Positions 12,182 through 24,525 of a stretch of DNA of 46,410 bases are shown here, piece after piece. The first letter of the stretch is position 1, and each line of letters begins with the position of its first letter. The notes beneath the pieces are model-generated. The model was not told the DNA's origin. It saw nothing but the letters and a program-made list of their open reading frames with translations, and made no database searches. Source of the stretch: Catajapyx aquilonaris (taxonomy: Eukaryota); assembly GCA_000934665.2 (NCBI GenBank), contig JYFJ02003111.1, positions 1 to 46,410 of the forward strand. The letters are read 5' to 3'. The position numbers and the translations under genes are program-made.

Positions 12182-12370
12182 TATCTGTTGTGTAGTGTAT
12201 TTTTGGTGAATTTTAAAAATAGGGTCAAGACTTATGAATAGCCCTGTATAGCCAAAAAAAAACATGGTTTTCATATTTCTCACAAATATCGCACAAATTC
12301 GTCGTAATATTTGGACAAATAAATCTAATTATACCTGACTAATCAAATTCAATGCATATTTAAACTAATT

Positions 12371-12656
12371 TGATTATTAAATTTAAATTTAAATTGAATA
12401 TTATACCCAGTGAGAGGCCTCCTTGAGCCTTTTAGGGGATCATCTTTTATTGAACCGACTTTAAGCATTGCCTATGTGTAACAGATTTTGATTGTGGGAG
12501 GAAACGGGAGAGACCAGAGAAAACCCACGCGAACACGGAGAGAACCCATCGAAACTCTGTCCACATAAGTATCCTCTGTTTGACCTGGGGATCGAACTTG
12601 GGATCTGAGAGGTGGAAGGCTGTTGCGATACCACTACACCACCGTGTCATCCCAAT
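12371..12656 (-). mobile_element. tRNA-derived SINE family C
   Basis: Homologous to 4025-4716; TSD tttaaactaatt at 12359-12370 and 12657-12668. Confidence 0.85.
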
Positions 12657-12748
12657 TTTAAACTAATTAGGATTATTAATATTGTAATTATAAAATGTAC
12701 TCTTTATAATGATAACAACGAAACTATTGTAGTCCTCATATATTGATA

Positions 12749-14144
12749 CTAGCAGGTTACCCAGCGTTGGCCGGGTATGTTGGGGTGCTGGTAAAGGTAG
12801 GGGTAAATATATTTTAGGAAACAAGTTTGTTTGTTTGTAAAATTTGAGTTCCATACACTTGAAACTCCATACGTCTTAAAATAGGCATTATAAGTTACAA
12901 TAAGCCCAAGTTTGTGACTATCTGTGACAGATTACCTGCTTCAGTTATACAGGGTGTTTCCGAGCTAACTTTACAAACTTCTAGGGGTAATAGAGGGGAC
13001 CAAGACAAACATATTTCACATAGGAACCCGTGTCTGGAAATGCCATCTAGAAGGGGTTCATACACAATGAACGGGTGAGCTCAGACGTGTCAGGCTGGTG
13101 GCATTAGCGAGCGGACCGTTTAGTTGCTAGGTGGCGCGGTGATTGTACACAACTTCGCAATTCGCCATAACTTGGCAACAACAGAGCTGTTGTTTATTAT
13201 CTGCGCACTACCTAGCATGCTGACTTTAGTTGTTAGGTGGCTCTGTTGTTGCCAGGTTATGGCAAATTGCGAAGTTGTGTACAATCACCGCGCCACCTAG
13301 CAACTAAACGGTACGCTCGCTAACGCAGCCAGCCTGACGCGTCTGAGCACACCCGTTCCTCGTCTATGAACCCCCTCTAGATGGCGTTTCCGGACACTGG
13401 TTCCTTTGTGAAATATGTTTGTCTTGGTCCCCTCTCAACCTAGAAGTCCCTAGAGTCCCCTAGAAGTTTGTAAAGTTAGCTCGGAAACACCCTGTGTAGC
13501 GTATTCGACGCAGATATGCTGATTGGATGTGTAATAAGAGGAATGCAGATGGAGTTGGCCCAGGGAAAGACTGCACAGCCATGTTTTTTGTTGTTGTTGT
13601 TGTTGTTTTTTTTTCCAGAATTTTTGACCCCTTCACACCCCCACCTCGTACCCGTACCCCCACCTCGTTCCATATGTTTACCCTGAAGAACTTTAGAAAT
13701 GTACGTACACATGCCTGGTGGGGAATTTTGTTTTCAACACTGAGTAGTTTTTGTAAAACTGTATTTTGTATTTATTTGTGTTTAGAAGTCTAATTTCAAA
13801 TCCCACAAAATCCCGGAATGATCATACCATACGAACTCACGCGAGGTGGCCAATTAGCGTAATTGGCGGATGCGTTGAATAATTTACTGTGATGGGACGT
13901 GTAAAAAAGACAGGCGCAAGATATAAATGCAATGCAAATGCATTAATTTGCTAAGTATTGTTGCATGAGGGCATTTCCATGGGATTGCGGAGTTAGGTTC
14001 CTTTTCGGAAGCTGAAACATGCGGCATTAAATTCCTTGAAAAACGTAACCCCCGATATGCTAATTTAAGGCGGTGTAGGGGCCTTCCCCTGGATTTCTAT
14101 AAGGGACAAACAAACTCACAAACGGACTAAATTATAGATATAGA
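12749..14144 (-). mobile_element. non-autonomous Helitron
   Basis: The minus strand starts A|TC and ends with the hairpin cccggccaacgctggg followed by CTAG|T; no TSD. Confidence 0.65.
12950..13494. mobile_element. foldback element with CAGGGTG termini (arms about 240 bp)
   Basis: 12950-13186 is the reverse complement of about 13241-13494; nested in the Helitron. Confidence 0.85.
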
Positions 14145-14291
14145 TACAATAGGTCATATGCATAATTTTCACTTACAATGCCAAATAATAATAATTGAAA
14201 CATCTTACCTCCAGGCAATGTAGTATGTTATGATTGAACATTATTATCATTATTGTTTCTAGTTTCATTTTCTCTCTTATTTCTGTTTCAG

Positions 14292-14551
14292 TCACAAAAT
14301 GAGAGGCTGAGGATTGTCATAATGCCAATGTTTCTTGTTCCGCAGATGTCGGAGATGTATACAATTCGGATGGTGCTGATGAAGTGCAAAGCCAAGATCG
14401 TTTTTGATGAAGGAGATAGTTCCAAGCCGGATCATCATGAGATGGCTGCACCATTGCCTTCTGTCCCTCAACGTCACCACAAGCGCCATGAAGTTGACCC
14501 AACCAATGTTTTCCGGTCATCATCTGTGAAGCTTGCTGTCCTGAAGAATAG
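14292..14551 (+). CDS. CKAP2: CKAP2-family gene, penultimate exon
   Basis: Strong pyrimidine tract plus tttcag| acceptor in phase 0. Ends NVFRSSSVKLAVLKN with AG|gttgat (weak donor, phase 2), matching the phase of the last exon. Confidence 0.72.
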
Positions 14552-14667
14552 GTTGATAATGATTGCACTATTCATCATTTTGGTGCTATCAAATTGTTGG
14601 GGACGGCAGGGGGGGACGGCAGGGGGGGGAAGAAAATGGGACATACCGACAACCTTTCCCTTTTATA

Positions 14668-15235
14668 TAGGGTGATCCAACTTTATCGCCCCAACAGTTA
14701 TTGTAAAAATTGTGTGAGCTGCTACTTGCTAAGAGTTACTTTCTGGAGTATCTGGAATAGCACCTGCTGATATTAGGTCCAATGCCCATGTAACAATTAA
14801 TGACGTATTTATTGACACAACCGGGTCTGTCTGGTTCGACGGATTAGCCCTCTGCTTGGCAGCTAGTGCCCTCATCTGAATCCCTCCAACGAACACCAAA
14901 ATGGGCCCTTTTTAAGGTCAAAACATGAATCAGTTTGGAGATGAGGAAATAAAAGAGGTGATGACACCTTTCCATTTCAGGGTCGCAACAGTTCGCATCC
15001 GACCCCTCGCAATAGACCCATTTGGCCAATCACAACCTGGCAGACGACCTGTTTCCCACGGACCGTGGCCTTTTTTCCCTCATTAATTAGTAGCCTACAT
15101 GGGCATTGGACCTAGTATCAGCAGGTGTTATTCCAAATGCTCAAGAAAGTAACTCTTAGCAAGTAGCTGCTTAAAAAGTAGCAGATTACGCGATTTTTCC
15201 AATAACTGTTGGGGGGATAAAGTTGGGTCACCCTA
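14668..15235. mobile_element. foldback MITE with (T/C)AGGGTG termini
   Basis: Arms of about 135 bp (tagggtgatccaactttatc... / ...gataaagttgggtcacccta); TA flanks. Confidence 0.8.
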
Positions 15236-15240
15236 TATGT

Positions 15241-15820
15241 ATGGGAGATCAGGGTCTGTTGTAACACTTTTTAGTCTGGATTTTTAAATTCATTTACATA
15301 TTGCGGGGTGAGAATTATAAGGTTGTAACTACATGAGATTTTCATTGCAGTTACAACCTTGTAATTCTCACCCTGCGATATGCATTTAGGCAAAGTTTTA
15401 TGACGTGGTGGAAATAAGGCTTTGTAATATTAACATGATAAAATCTAAAGATGAAAAATTGATAGATTTATAAATATTTTCCCAAGGCAAGGCAGAGTGT
15501 TACAACCGACCCCATCATAGGGGCTGTTGTAACAGAGGGCGGGGTCGATTGTAAATAGTTAACACTATGTCTTAAATGGTAAATGTAATATGGGAGAACA
15601 GTTTACACCCACTCATCTTCTCGACAATTGTCTTCATAGCCTACTTGATCCACCTAGATTACTCTTTATCTCTCAATACACTGGAATTCAAACTGGTCGA
15701 CATCGCCTACACCGGCATGCTGCAATATGAGAGATAATACGGTAACACAGCCTTGACCTTTCTCTTATGGTTTTACAATGTTACAACTGACCCCAAGGAA
15801 GCTGTTACAACTGGCCCCAT
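15241..15820. mobile_element. MITE with repeated ttgtaac motifs and an internal hairpin at about 15297-15382
   Basis: gggtctgttgtaaca / tgttacaactggcccc termini. Confidence 0.5.
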
Positions 15821-16076
15821 TGCGTGTTGTCTTGTAGATATGTGTACTACTTTTTAACTGTGCACATGATTTGGTCATCCATACCTTTCTCATGATACCA
15901 AGGCCAATTCAATGTCACCTCTACCCTCCGCCAAAAAGGAGAAGCCTAAGTTTTGCCTGGCTTAGAGGCCATAGTGACACATGTACATTTTGCTGGAACC
16001 AATTCAAGGCGTAAAATGGGTACTTCCTGTATTCTCAACTGCAACAAAACTTGCCCTTTTTTAAAGATGTACAGTA

Positions 16077-16870
16077 CTGAGGGGTGCTCAGATAAAGTTC
16101 GTAACTTTGAGTTGAAGGAAAAGAGAGAAACGGTTCCAATTGCAAAGCCACACATTTATACCAGCGATGCACGACCTGCCGTACACCATCATTGTAGAAG
16201 TCGACACTGCGCTTTTAAAAAGTTTTCAACCTGTGTAATCACCTGCAGGTCGCTTCCGAAATGCCTCCCATGCAATGGTTGCTCCCAGTGGTGAAAGAGG
16301 AATAAGTGGCTAGGGATGAGGTCTGGGGAATATGGCAGATGGGGCAGAATATTGTACCCCCAATTGGCCACCGAGTGTCCCAGTTGCACGGGCAGAATGA
16401 GCGGGTGTGTTGTTGCGCAGGAGGCGCACACCTTGCATCACCATTCCTCTTCTCTTCCTCTTGATCTGGTGATGCAGATTTTTCAGGTCTTGATTATACT
16501 GCCCGGGGATAGTCGGACCTTTTCATGCATAATCAGTTTCGGCATAATGCATAATGCATAATCGGTTGGGAAACCCCCAAAAAACCTTGAGCATAATCTT
16601 ATCAGATGATGCCTGCATCCTGGCCTTCTATGGGAGTGGGGGAGTTTGAGTGTTTCCACTCCTTGCTCTGTGATTTGATCTCTGGGTTATAGTGGTACAC
16701 CCAACATTCGTCCATGGTAATGAGACTGTTGAAAAAATTGTCATGGTCATTGTGGAACATCACCAACATTTCGTTGGCCGTGCAGAGGTTGAAACCTTTT
16801 TTCAAGGGCAAAGTGTCAACTCGACAATAAAGGTGTCCAATAGGTGCTGGGGAAAATGTGTGGCTCTGCA
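16077..16870 (-). mobile_element. degenerate mariner transposase
   Basis: ITMDECWVYHYNPEIKSQSKEWKH and HLPYSPDLIPS motifs in shifted frames. Confidence 0.85.
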
Positions 16871-17801
16871 AGGTTCATATGTAGAGCAGGATGAATACGT
16901 GCAAGATGCATAAACAGAGTATGGTGGCCAAACTTGGACCGCTGTCCCTCTAGTGGGGTGTGATTGTTATGTAAGGTCTGGCCGCCAGAGGTGCAGCTGT
17001 GCTATCAGGGCCTAAATCTGAGTGTATGCAATGGCTGATATAGGCAGAATGTGCGTCTGGGGCTCTGTTTGTGGTCGCATTCGGACTTGCCTGACCCAGT
17101 CGGACAACCGAACCCCACTGGGACATAGGGGATAAAATAGGCTGTATTTTTAGTGCAATTCCTCTTTTTCTACATGCGTCAGTATATTTGCAATAAATTG
17201 TAAGAAAATTTATAGGAGTACCTTGCACTCCGGATAATCTGCGATAATGAATGCACCGATGCACGGGTGTTAACAGATATTCGGAAAACACGGATAATCC
17301 AAAAACGGCCCTAGACACCGTAAAAATGAGCTATACTATGCAGAGGTTTTTAATGAACATTACTACTATACATACCAGTACTACGTACGCTTCATTAAAT
17401 CGGGTTTGATAAAAAAAGCTACGAGATCATTAGAGGTTTAGTTGGACTTCTGTAAAAGGTCTGTTACCTATATTAATTTTTGCGAGATATATTGGCATAT
17501 TATAATTTTGGACTTTTAAATTTCTAATTTTTTGGCGATGCAGAACGGATAATCCGCAACACGTATAATACCGTGTACATAATAGGAAGTCCAGCGTATA
17601 AAATAATGCTGATTTTTAAATTTTATTTTACCATTTCCTATTCTTCACTCTTGTACTTACATCTATACAGTACTGCACTCCCGATTATCCGGGATAACAT
17701 GACTGCACTGGTGTTGCGGGATAATCGGAAAACACGGATAATCAGAAAATGGTCTAGAAAATGAGCTATTCACAGGTTTTTAATGTACTTGTAGTCTACT
17801 A

Positions 17802-18557
17802 CAGGGTGTTCCAGAGTTGATGACTCACTCTTTGAAACGCAATTACTTTCGAACGGAACAACATATTTATTTAAAGTACGTGCCAAACCAGCAAGGGAGG
17901 GTGCGAAAATACTTCCATGTAGGTGGTGCCACTAAGCAATGCTCAGGTCTTGCAACAAAAATGGCCGAAGCAAGACTGCCGTTAGAGAAACGTGTCCAGT
18001 GTGTTCGACTGTATTCAGTGACAAAAATGTTATAGAAGTGTGCCGTCAAATGGCAAACATTTTCTGTGGACCGGCTCCTACCCGAAAAACTGTTGCGAGG
18101 ATAAACCAACAGTTCGATGAAACTGGAAGTGTCTGGGATCAAAGAAACCCGGCAAAGGGAGAACAGTTGTGAACGCAGAAAACAAGCAGCGCATCCGAGA
18201 TGCACTGGAAAGTTCTCCAGCAAAAGCAAAATCACCCCACCAGACTTCTTCCTGTGGGGTTATCTGAAGGAAAAGGTTTACCACCATCGAATCGACTCCC
18301 TGGAGCACCTGCGTGACATAATCACACAGGAGTTCAACGCGATCCCTGTTGACTTCTGTCGGAAGGTGTGCGACAACGTCGCCCTGCGATTGCAGGCCTG
18401 CATCGACGTGGAAGGGGGGGTGGTTGACCATACCATGGTGAACATGTCTTAAGTTAGTATTTCCTTGATGTTTTGGTACCTACTTGAAATAAATATGTTG
18501 TTCCGTTCGAAAGTAATTGCGTTTCAAAGAGTGAGTCATCGACTCTGGAACACCCTG
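17802..18557 (+). mobile_element. deleted Tc1-like element
   Basis: About 70-bp TIRs cagggtgttccagagt...; ITPPDFFLWGYLKEKVY remnant; TA TSD. Confidence 0.88.
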
Positions 18558-18632
18558 TATTGTGCAAGGTTATTGGGCAACAAGGTTGAATCAAAATAAT
18601 GAAACTTAAGATAGATTTTTACTTTGTCTTAA

Positions 18633-19101
18633 CCCTTAACTACGTAGGTGGGTGAAACACCTTTAACTACGTAGGTGGAGCCTGAGAGGCTCCAACTGTA
18701 TTTTTAAATTTCTGCTTATCAACTAAATTGTTATATTGGACTTTTCACATACAGAAAGTGCAGTTCAGATCATTAGGCTTCCGAAAACGTAAAAATCACA
18801 CGCTGAGTCAGCATATTCCGACAGGGAAAAATTCTTAATTAAAAGGTTACATCATGTGTTTGAGCCGCTCAGGCTTCACCTGCATAGGGATAGCCTGAGT
18901 GGTTAGAGGGACCTGTTCCTCGTTACGAATTTTTTTTAACCAAAGAATAGGGACTAAAAATTTTTTTCTTTCCTTTTCATGGTTAGGAAGGTTTTTCTGA
19001 CAAAGTCACGTAAGGACAGGGGAAAATAAAATTCAATGTAAAAGTTACATGCGTTTAAATAGTGCTTGGAGCCTCTCAGGCTCCACCTACGTAGTTAAGG
19101 G
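18633..19101. mobile_element. piggyBac-like MITE
   Basis: TTAA-cccttaactacgtaggtgg ... ccacctacgtagttaaggg-TTAA. Confidence 0.8.
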
Positions 19102-19153
19102 TTAACTAGAAAAGGTCGGTTATATTTTTTCTTTGGCGAGACATATTGACAGT

Positions 19154-19287
19154 GGGTGGAATTTTGGTCCGACTACTAGACAGTCTACTGATAACTTAGC
19201 AGTACCATTGTTGGCACTGGTACTACTGCTAAGTTAGCAGTATCAGCTCTTCCCAGTATCTATAGCAGTGTGACGAAAATTCGACCC
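19154..19287. repeat. small hairpin repeat family (copies at about 38558-38665 and 46121-46252)
   Basis: gggtggaatttt...aacttagcagta...ctaagttagcagta...aaattc shared by three loci. Confidence 0.65.
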
Positions 19288-21234
19288 ATTTTTTTCGGGC
19301 TTTAATTTTAAATTATTATTTTTTGCCCATGGACGGATAATCCGCACCCGGATAATCGAGAGTACAGTACAGTGTATTTGTGTGTCAGGAGTGTATAATA
19401 TCGAAGCAGGCTGTCTAATGTCTAATTTTGATCTAGATGCCGTGTCTGGAAATGAAATTACGCTCCTAATGTTATTGAATATGATGTCGGACAATGCCTG
19501 TCTGTTAAATTCTGGTCCAACCTGGTCGCATGTTTTCCTCCTCACACTCTGGCAAACTCTACTACTGTAAGAAATCACATGTCTATGACCAGCAAAAAGA
19601 TTGGCATACTTTCTTTTGTTTTTCTGTGTTTATGTGTTGGCTATCCTGGGCGCTGCCAGGTAACCGTGGTTGTTAATTTTTCGATTTTACGGAATCCACA
19701 ACACCGTGATCACCGGTCGCGGTCCCATGGCCGCACGGTCAGGGTCTCGGGAGGCGGACGGGGCGGGGGTGGGAAGTACGTTGCGTTGTCTGGTGAGGGT
19801 GAAACGGTGTTTATTTGGGGGTGATGGGGAGAAGTGAAAGGCGGATGAGGCAGTGGCCACGACCCGGGCAACACTCCCCCGAGGCGTCGAGGCAAAACTA
19901 TATAAATAATGCACTATTTCCAACTTTTCAGGGGGGAAATAATATTTTCGTTTGATCTGCTGCCATCCTGGTTCAAGTGACCCTACCTACCACCAAAATA
20001 TACGTTCCTATAATGAATTTTTTATCCTATTTCTAGTACACTACGCCAATTGCCTCGAATTGCAACAGGAAGCGTGTTGGGCCGTTGGTTTTTTTTGTGC
20101 TTGTCCGGTCGGGAACAAGTACAAATCGTATGATCATCGCGGCTTGAAATATTATTATACCGAATGTCGTCTTAGAAAAAAATAGCGTGAAATAGCGAGG
20201 GGGAAATACTGTCAGAGTGTCGGGTGCGCAAGGAGGGGGAATTTTCTGGCGGATTCCGGGTCCCTTGTTCATCTGTAGCATTTATTTGCATATCGTCTTT
20301 CACACTTTTGCAATTAATAATTGATGCATAGCCAGCAGGTTTCGAGACACTATATGGACCAAAACAGGCGGTCAGATTGATGATTGGCACTAAATGCTGC
20401 ACACTGGCACCCTGGCATTAATCAACAAACGCCGCGCCGCCGACGGCGACGTCAAGGACCCCTCACCATCACAAATTGCATTTTTTAAATGCAAATCGTT
20501 AGTGCTTCGTTTGTGCCCGTTTGTGCCGAAAACCGCGTCGTTTGTGCTTCCTTAGTTAGCGAGATATTAATTGTTAAAATTTTTGGGCCAGCCCACCCAC
20601 CAACGGAATTTCGCAATTTTGGAGGCGCCGTTCGTTAGTGCTTCGTTTGTGCCCGTTTGTGCCAAAAAACAGTTCCGCACTAGCTGTCACCAATCTCGAG
20701 ATATAAATTATTGAAAATTCGGATGATGACCTCACCAGCGGGGGGCTGGTGACGTCATATATGCAAAATATTGCTTAGAAACCAATCCAATTAATTGCTA
20801 AATTCCCATAATTGTGCTACGCTTCGTACAATCTCTATCACTGCGCAGAGATCCTTTTCCAATGTAGCCACCCTGTAGCCAGCGGAAGATGGCTTCATAC
20901 GGTAATGTCCGACAAAGCACTCGAGCATGTGATTTTTGTGGTGAATTCTTCTGGTTTTGCTTGTGAATATGCCGAAAACCGCATTCCTTCAGGATTGATA
21001 GATTCTTTGCAAAAAAAAATTAAAGCTTATGTCTGTAAATCATGGACATGTCGGGCAGAGGGTTTATATTTTTAAAATTAACATAAGGTAACATAATTAA
21101 ACATGTATTCAGACATGGAAGGATGTAAGGTGCGTTAATATATTCAGTATGCATACCATTTGTCTCTCCAAAGACTGAGCTATACCTCTTCCCAAACTGT
21201 CCACAAGTTTCAATGTACTATATCACTCAAAATC

Positions 21235-21522
21235 ACCGAAGCAGGTTGGCATAGTGGATAAGGCGTCCGACTGCTAATCGGGAGGTCCTGGGTTCGAATC
21301 CCGGGGCCGGCAACCTTGACCGTGGTTTTCTGTGGTTTCCCACGGTCCTTCCAGAAAAATTCCGGAGTTGCTTCCGTAATTAATAGGCCACAGCCGCTTC
21401 CTTCCGTCCCTATCATATCCCAAAGAGCTCAGTAAAATGAAAAGCAAAGAGTTCCAGGCAAAACAAACTTCCCCCCTAAAGAGCCGATGGCTGATAACGG
21501 GGTATGAATTATAATTATTATT
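21235..21522 (+). mobile_element. tRNA-derived SINE family B
   Basis: A box tggcatagtgg, B box ggttcgaatcc; imperfect TSD tatatcac(t/a)caaaa(t/a)ca. Confidence 0.85.
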
Positions 21523-21585
21523 TATATCACACAAAAACATACAGGCGGTTTTGGATTTGATTCAAGTGCAGGCTGCACTTAGTCA

Positions 21586-21818
21586 GATATTAACGGGGTT
21601 ATTCCAGACCATGTAGGTCCTTAAACCCCGGGCCCCTGATGGGACCTGTATCATCACTCTAAGTCCCTTTCATCGTGGTCCGCCAGGGGCGGACTACCCG
21701 TTCGCTTCCGAATCGAACCCAAGCCGTCATATAGGGTCGACACTCGACCATCTGGACGACTCCCCAGAGGAGCCGTCCGTCCCACGATCGAGTCCCGAAC
21801 CCGTAAGGTCCGGAGCTG
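21586..21818 (-). mobile_element. short GC-rich SINE-like retro-insertion
   Basis: About 18-bp TSD gcaggctgcactt(g)agtca at 21568-21585 and 21819-21837; internal B-box-like ggttcgattc on minus. Confidence 0.6.
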
Positions 21819-22478
21819 GCAGGCTGCACTTGAGTCAAATGCAAAATTGTCTCTATGTTTTTGAGCGATATAGTAGATCTCGTGTGACAGTTGCTCATTC
21901 CTGGTCAACTCTCCTATTAACTGGTCATGATTTTTTGGCCCGGCTTGCTTACAGACACTGTCTAACACCGTCCTGGCCCACAATTATCAGACATTGAGAA
22001 CAAAGCACTTGCAAGGAATCTTCATGACAGACAACACTTGCATTGCACACCTCTCATGAGCACAAAAGCAGAGTCAGTGCATGGGGATATGGAAAGGAAA
22101 ATCAGCCACACAAGGGATTATGGGATTAAAATATGAACATAAAAGATGACAGGTAACTTTTAATAACTGAGAATTTCCCTTGTATAATATTGACTGGGCC
22201 AGAAACCTTTGTTACACCCTGTACTAAATGGAAGAATGCGAATCGTATAAAAATAGGGTCAGTTATTGTGTTTTTCCCTTTGCGGAAGTGCCTGAAAACG
22301 TGGCATGCTGGTTATCATGTAGCTCGTGTTGCTGCCGTCTGGTGCATGATATGTGAACTTTGAGTGTACCAAAATGTTTGTCATGTCTTTTACATAGTTG
22401 CTAGGTGTTTAGTTCAAAAATGTCAGTTATCATGTTTTTTACACCACACCCCTCAAATGTCGAGGGACCAACCATTAA

Positions 22479-22809
22479 GGGGTGGTGCAAATACCACGTG
22501 ACCGACCGTGGTATCCATTGGAACACCCCCTCCCCCCTTTTTTCACGTGGTTTTTAAAAAAAGTCAATGTTATCAGAAAAAACGCGATCGAAATTGATTT
22601 CTCCTCAACTAAACTGTTTAAGCACGTAAAAAAACATGTCTCCCCATGTTTTCGGTGTCGCTGATTTCGAATTTTAGGTTATTTTGAACCCATGTGCATC
22701 TGCAAAAGCTCCCATATGTGCCCATTCACCGTGTTCAGAGATACCACATGAATTTTCGCCGACCCCCCCCCCGTGACNCAAAACGGTCACGTGGTATTTG
22801 CACGACCCC
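22479..22809. mobile_element. PIF/Harbinger-like MITE
   Basis: TIRs ggggtggtgcaaataccacgtgacc / ggtcacgtggtatttgcacgacccc; TAA TSD. Confidence 0.8.
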
Positions 22810-23584
22810 TAACGAGGTAGATGACCAGAAGCATTGGCCAGTGGTTGCCGAAGTTGCAGGATATGGGCGGTGATAATCACTTTCGTGAAAGAGGTGACCT
22901 TGCAAATCCCAACAGTCGCGTTTTTCACGCTGATATCCTGCTCCTTCGGCAACCATTGACCAATGTTTCTGGTCAAGGTCATATTAAAGGTTGCTCCCTC
23001 GACATTTCTCCCCCTCTACATTTTCGACTTCTTTTGGCTCAAGGAACACACTGACGGCCGTTGGCTGGACTAGTAACTGTATTTGCGATTTTCGAGGGAG
23101 TAATTGCTCAACATTTTGTAAAAAAACCAAACACTTTATAATCATTGATCGTGCCAACACTTTGGCGTCGGAATATGAATTTAGGATCGAATTAATCACA
23201 ATAGTTTAATTGTAATTAAGACAGAAGTGAAATACAGTTATACTGTCTGTTTGCGGCAGGAAAAAATCAGCAGCTTCACAGTCAGAGCCTGGACACTACT
23301 TACGTTACGATAAATGCAGTTGAAATCAGGTTAAAAATTATGCACATTTTTCATTGTTGGAAAGTGTATGGCAATGCAACAACATGTGCATAATACTTTG
23401 CTGAACCATGTGTTCAGATCACAGGAAGTTTATTTGACTCCCAATGATGCACAGAGTTTTCAGGCTCTTATTCCTTCACATGTGCACAATATATTAAAGG
23501 GCCAATACTGTAACTACTGTGCTGTAACTGTAACAGATGCCATCACTAGGGTGTCTGTTTCTGACAATATCATTGTCCCTTATA

Positions 23585-24525
23585 CAGGGTGATTCTCTCG
23601 AATGGAAACCCAAACATTCCTCAATAACTTTTTAACTATGGTATGGTTCCCGATGAAAATTGACATGTACTTACCTTGTACCATGCCAAACAAGGTATGA
23701 CTAAAGAATTTACCAAAAGTGGTCCCCTTCAGCATCCATTAAATTTTTAATGCGAGTCTGCATAGTGCCGAAGACTCCTGCAGATTGACGGCGGGGATTG
23801 CACTCATCCCCGCTGGCCAGCCTACTAGGCTATCTCAAGGAAACGGGCCCGTTGCCTTGAGATTCCCGCCCACCAAGTTGGCTGGCCGGCGGGGATGAGT
23901 GCAATCCCCGCCGGGAATCAGCAGGAGTCTTTGGCACTATGCAGACTCGGATTTAAAAATTCTTGGATGCTGGAGGGGACCACTTTTTGTGTATATTCTT
24001 TAGTCGGACCTTGTTTGGCATGGTACTATGGGCGCCAAAAGATCTGACCGGAGTTGATGGATATATAGCGCCATATACCCATCAACGCCGGTCAATTCTT
24101 TTGGCGCCCATAGTACAAGGTAAGTACATGTCAATTTTCATCGGGAACTATACCATAGTTAAAAAGTTATTGAGGAATGTTACCGAAGCAGTGGTGGTGT
24201 AGTGGTATGGTGTCCGCCTGCTAATCGGGAGGTCCTGGGTTCGAATCCAGGAGGCCGGCGACCCTGATCATGGTTTTCTGTGGTTTCCCATGGTCATCGC
24301 AGGATAATTCCGGGGTCGTTACCATAATTATAGGCCACAGCCGCTTCCTTCCTTACATATCCTTGCCTCAATTCCGATGAAAAAGTATAGTAAAAATGGA
24401 AAGAGTTCCAGACAAAAAGAAATTGGAGAAATCCCCCCCTAATAAAGCCTAAAGGGCTGATAATGGGGTATCAATTATTATATTATTGAGGAATGTTTGG
24501 GTTTCCATTCGAGATAATCACCCTG
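23585..24525. mobile_element. Tc1-derived foldback with two insertions in the right arm
   Basis: CAGGGTG termini, TA flanks, arms about 240 bp; hairpin insert at 24026-24113 and SINE at 24182-24482. Confidence 0.85.
24182..24482 (+). mobile_element. tRNA-derived SINE family B
   Basis: 15-bp TSD ttattgaggaatgtt at 24167-24181 and 24483-24497. Confidence 0.9.

Larger units (their letters stand above)
10963..12246. mobile_element. hairpin MITE (63-bp arms) split by two nested transposons
   Basis: Arms 10963-11025 and 12184-12246 are near-perfect reverse complements; TA flanks. Confidence 0.85.
17673..19367. mobile_element. TA-flanked MITE hosting three nested elements
   Basis: TIRs ctgcactcccgattatccggg / cccggataatcgagagtacag; relatives at about 1964-2050 and 17222-17578. 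Confidence 0.7.

Noticed and set aside
21235..21312. tRNA gene (also 24182-24260, 4027-4100, 9794-9870)
   Set aside because: These are tRNA-like A/B boxes followed by shared bodies, tails and TSDs with no clean acceptor stem, so they are SINE heads.
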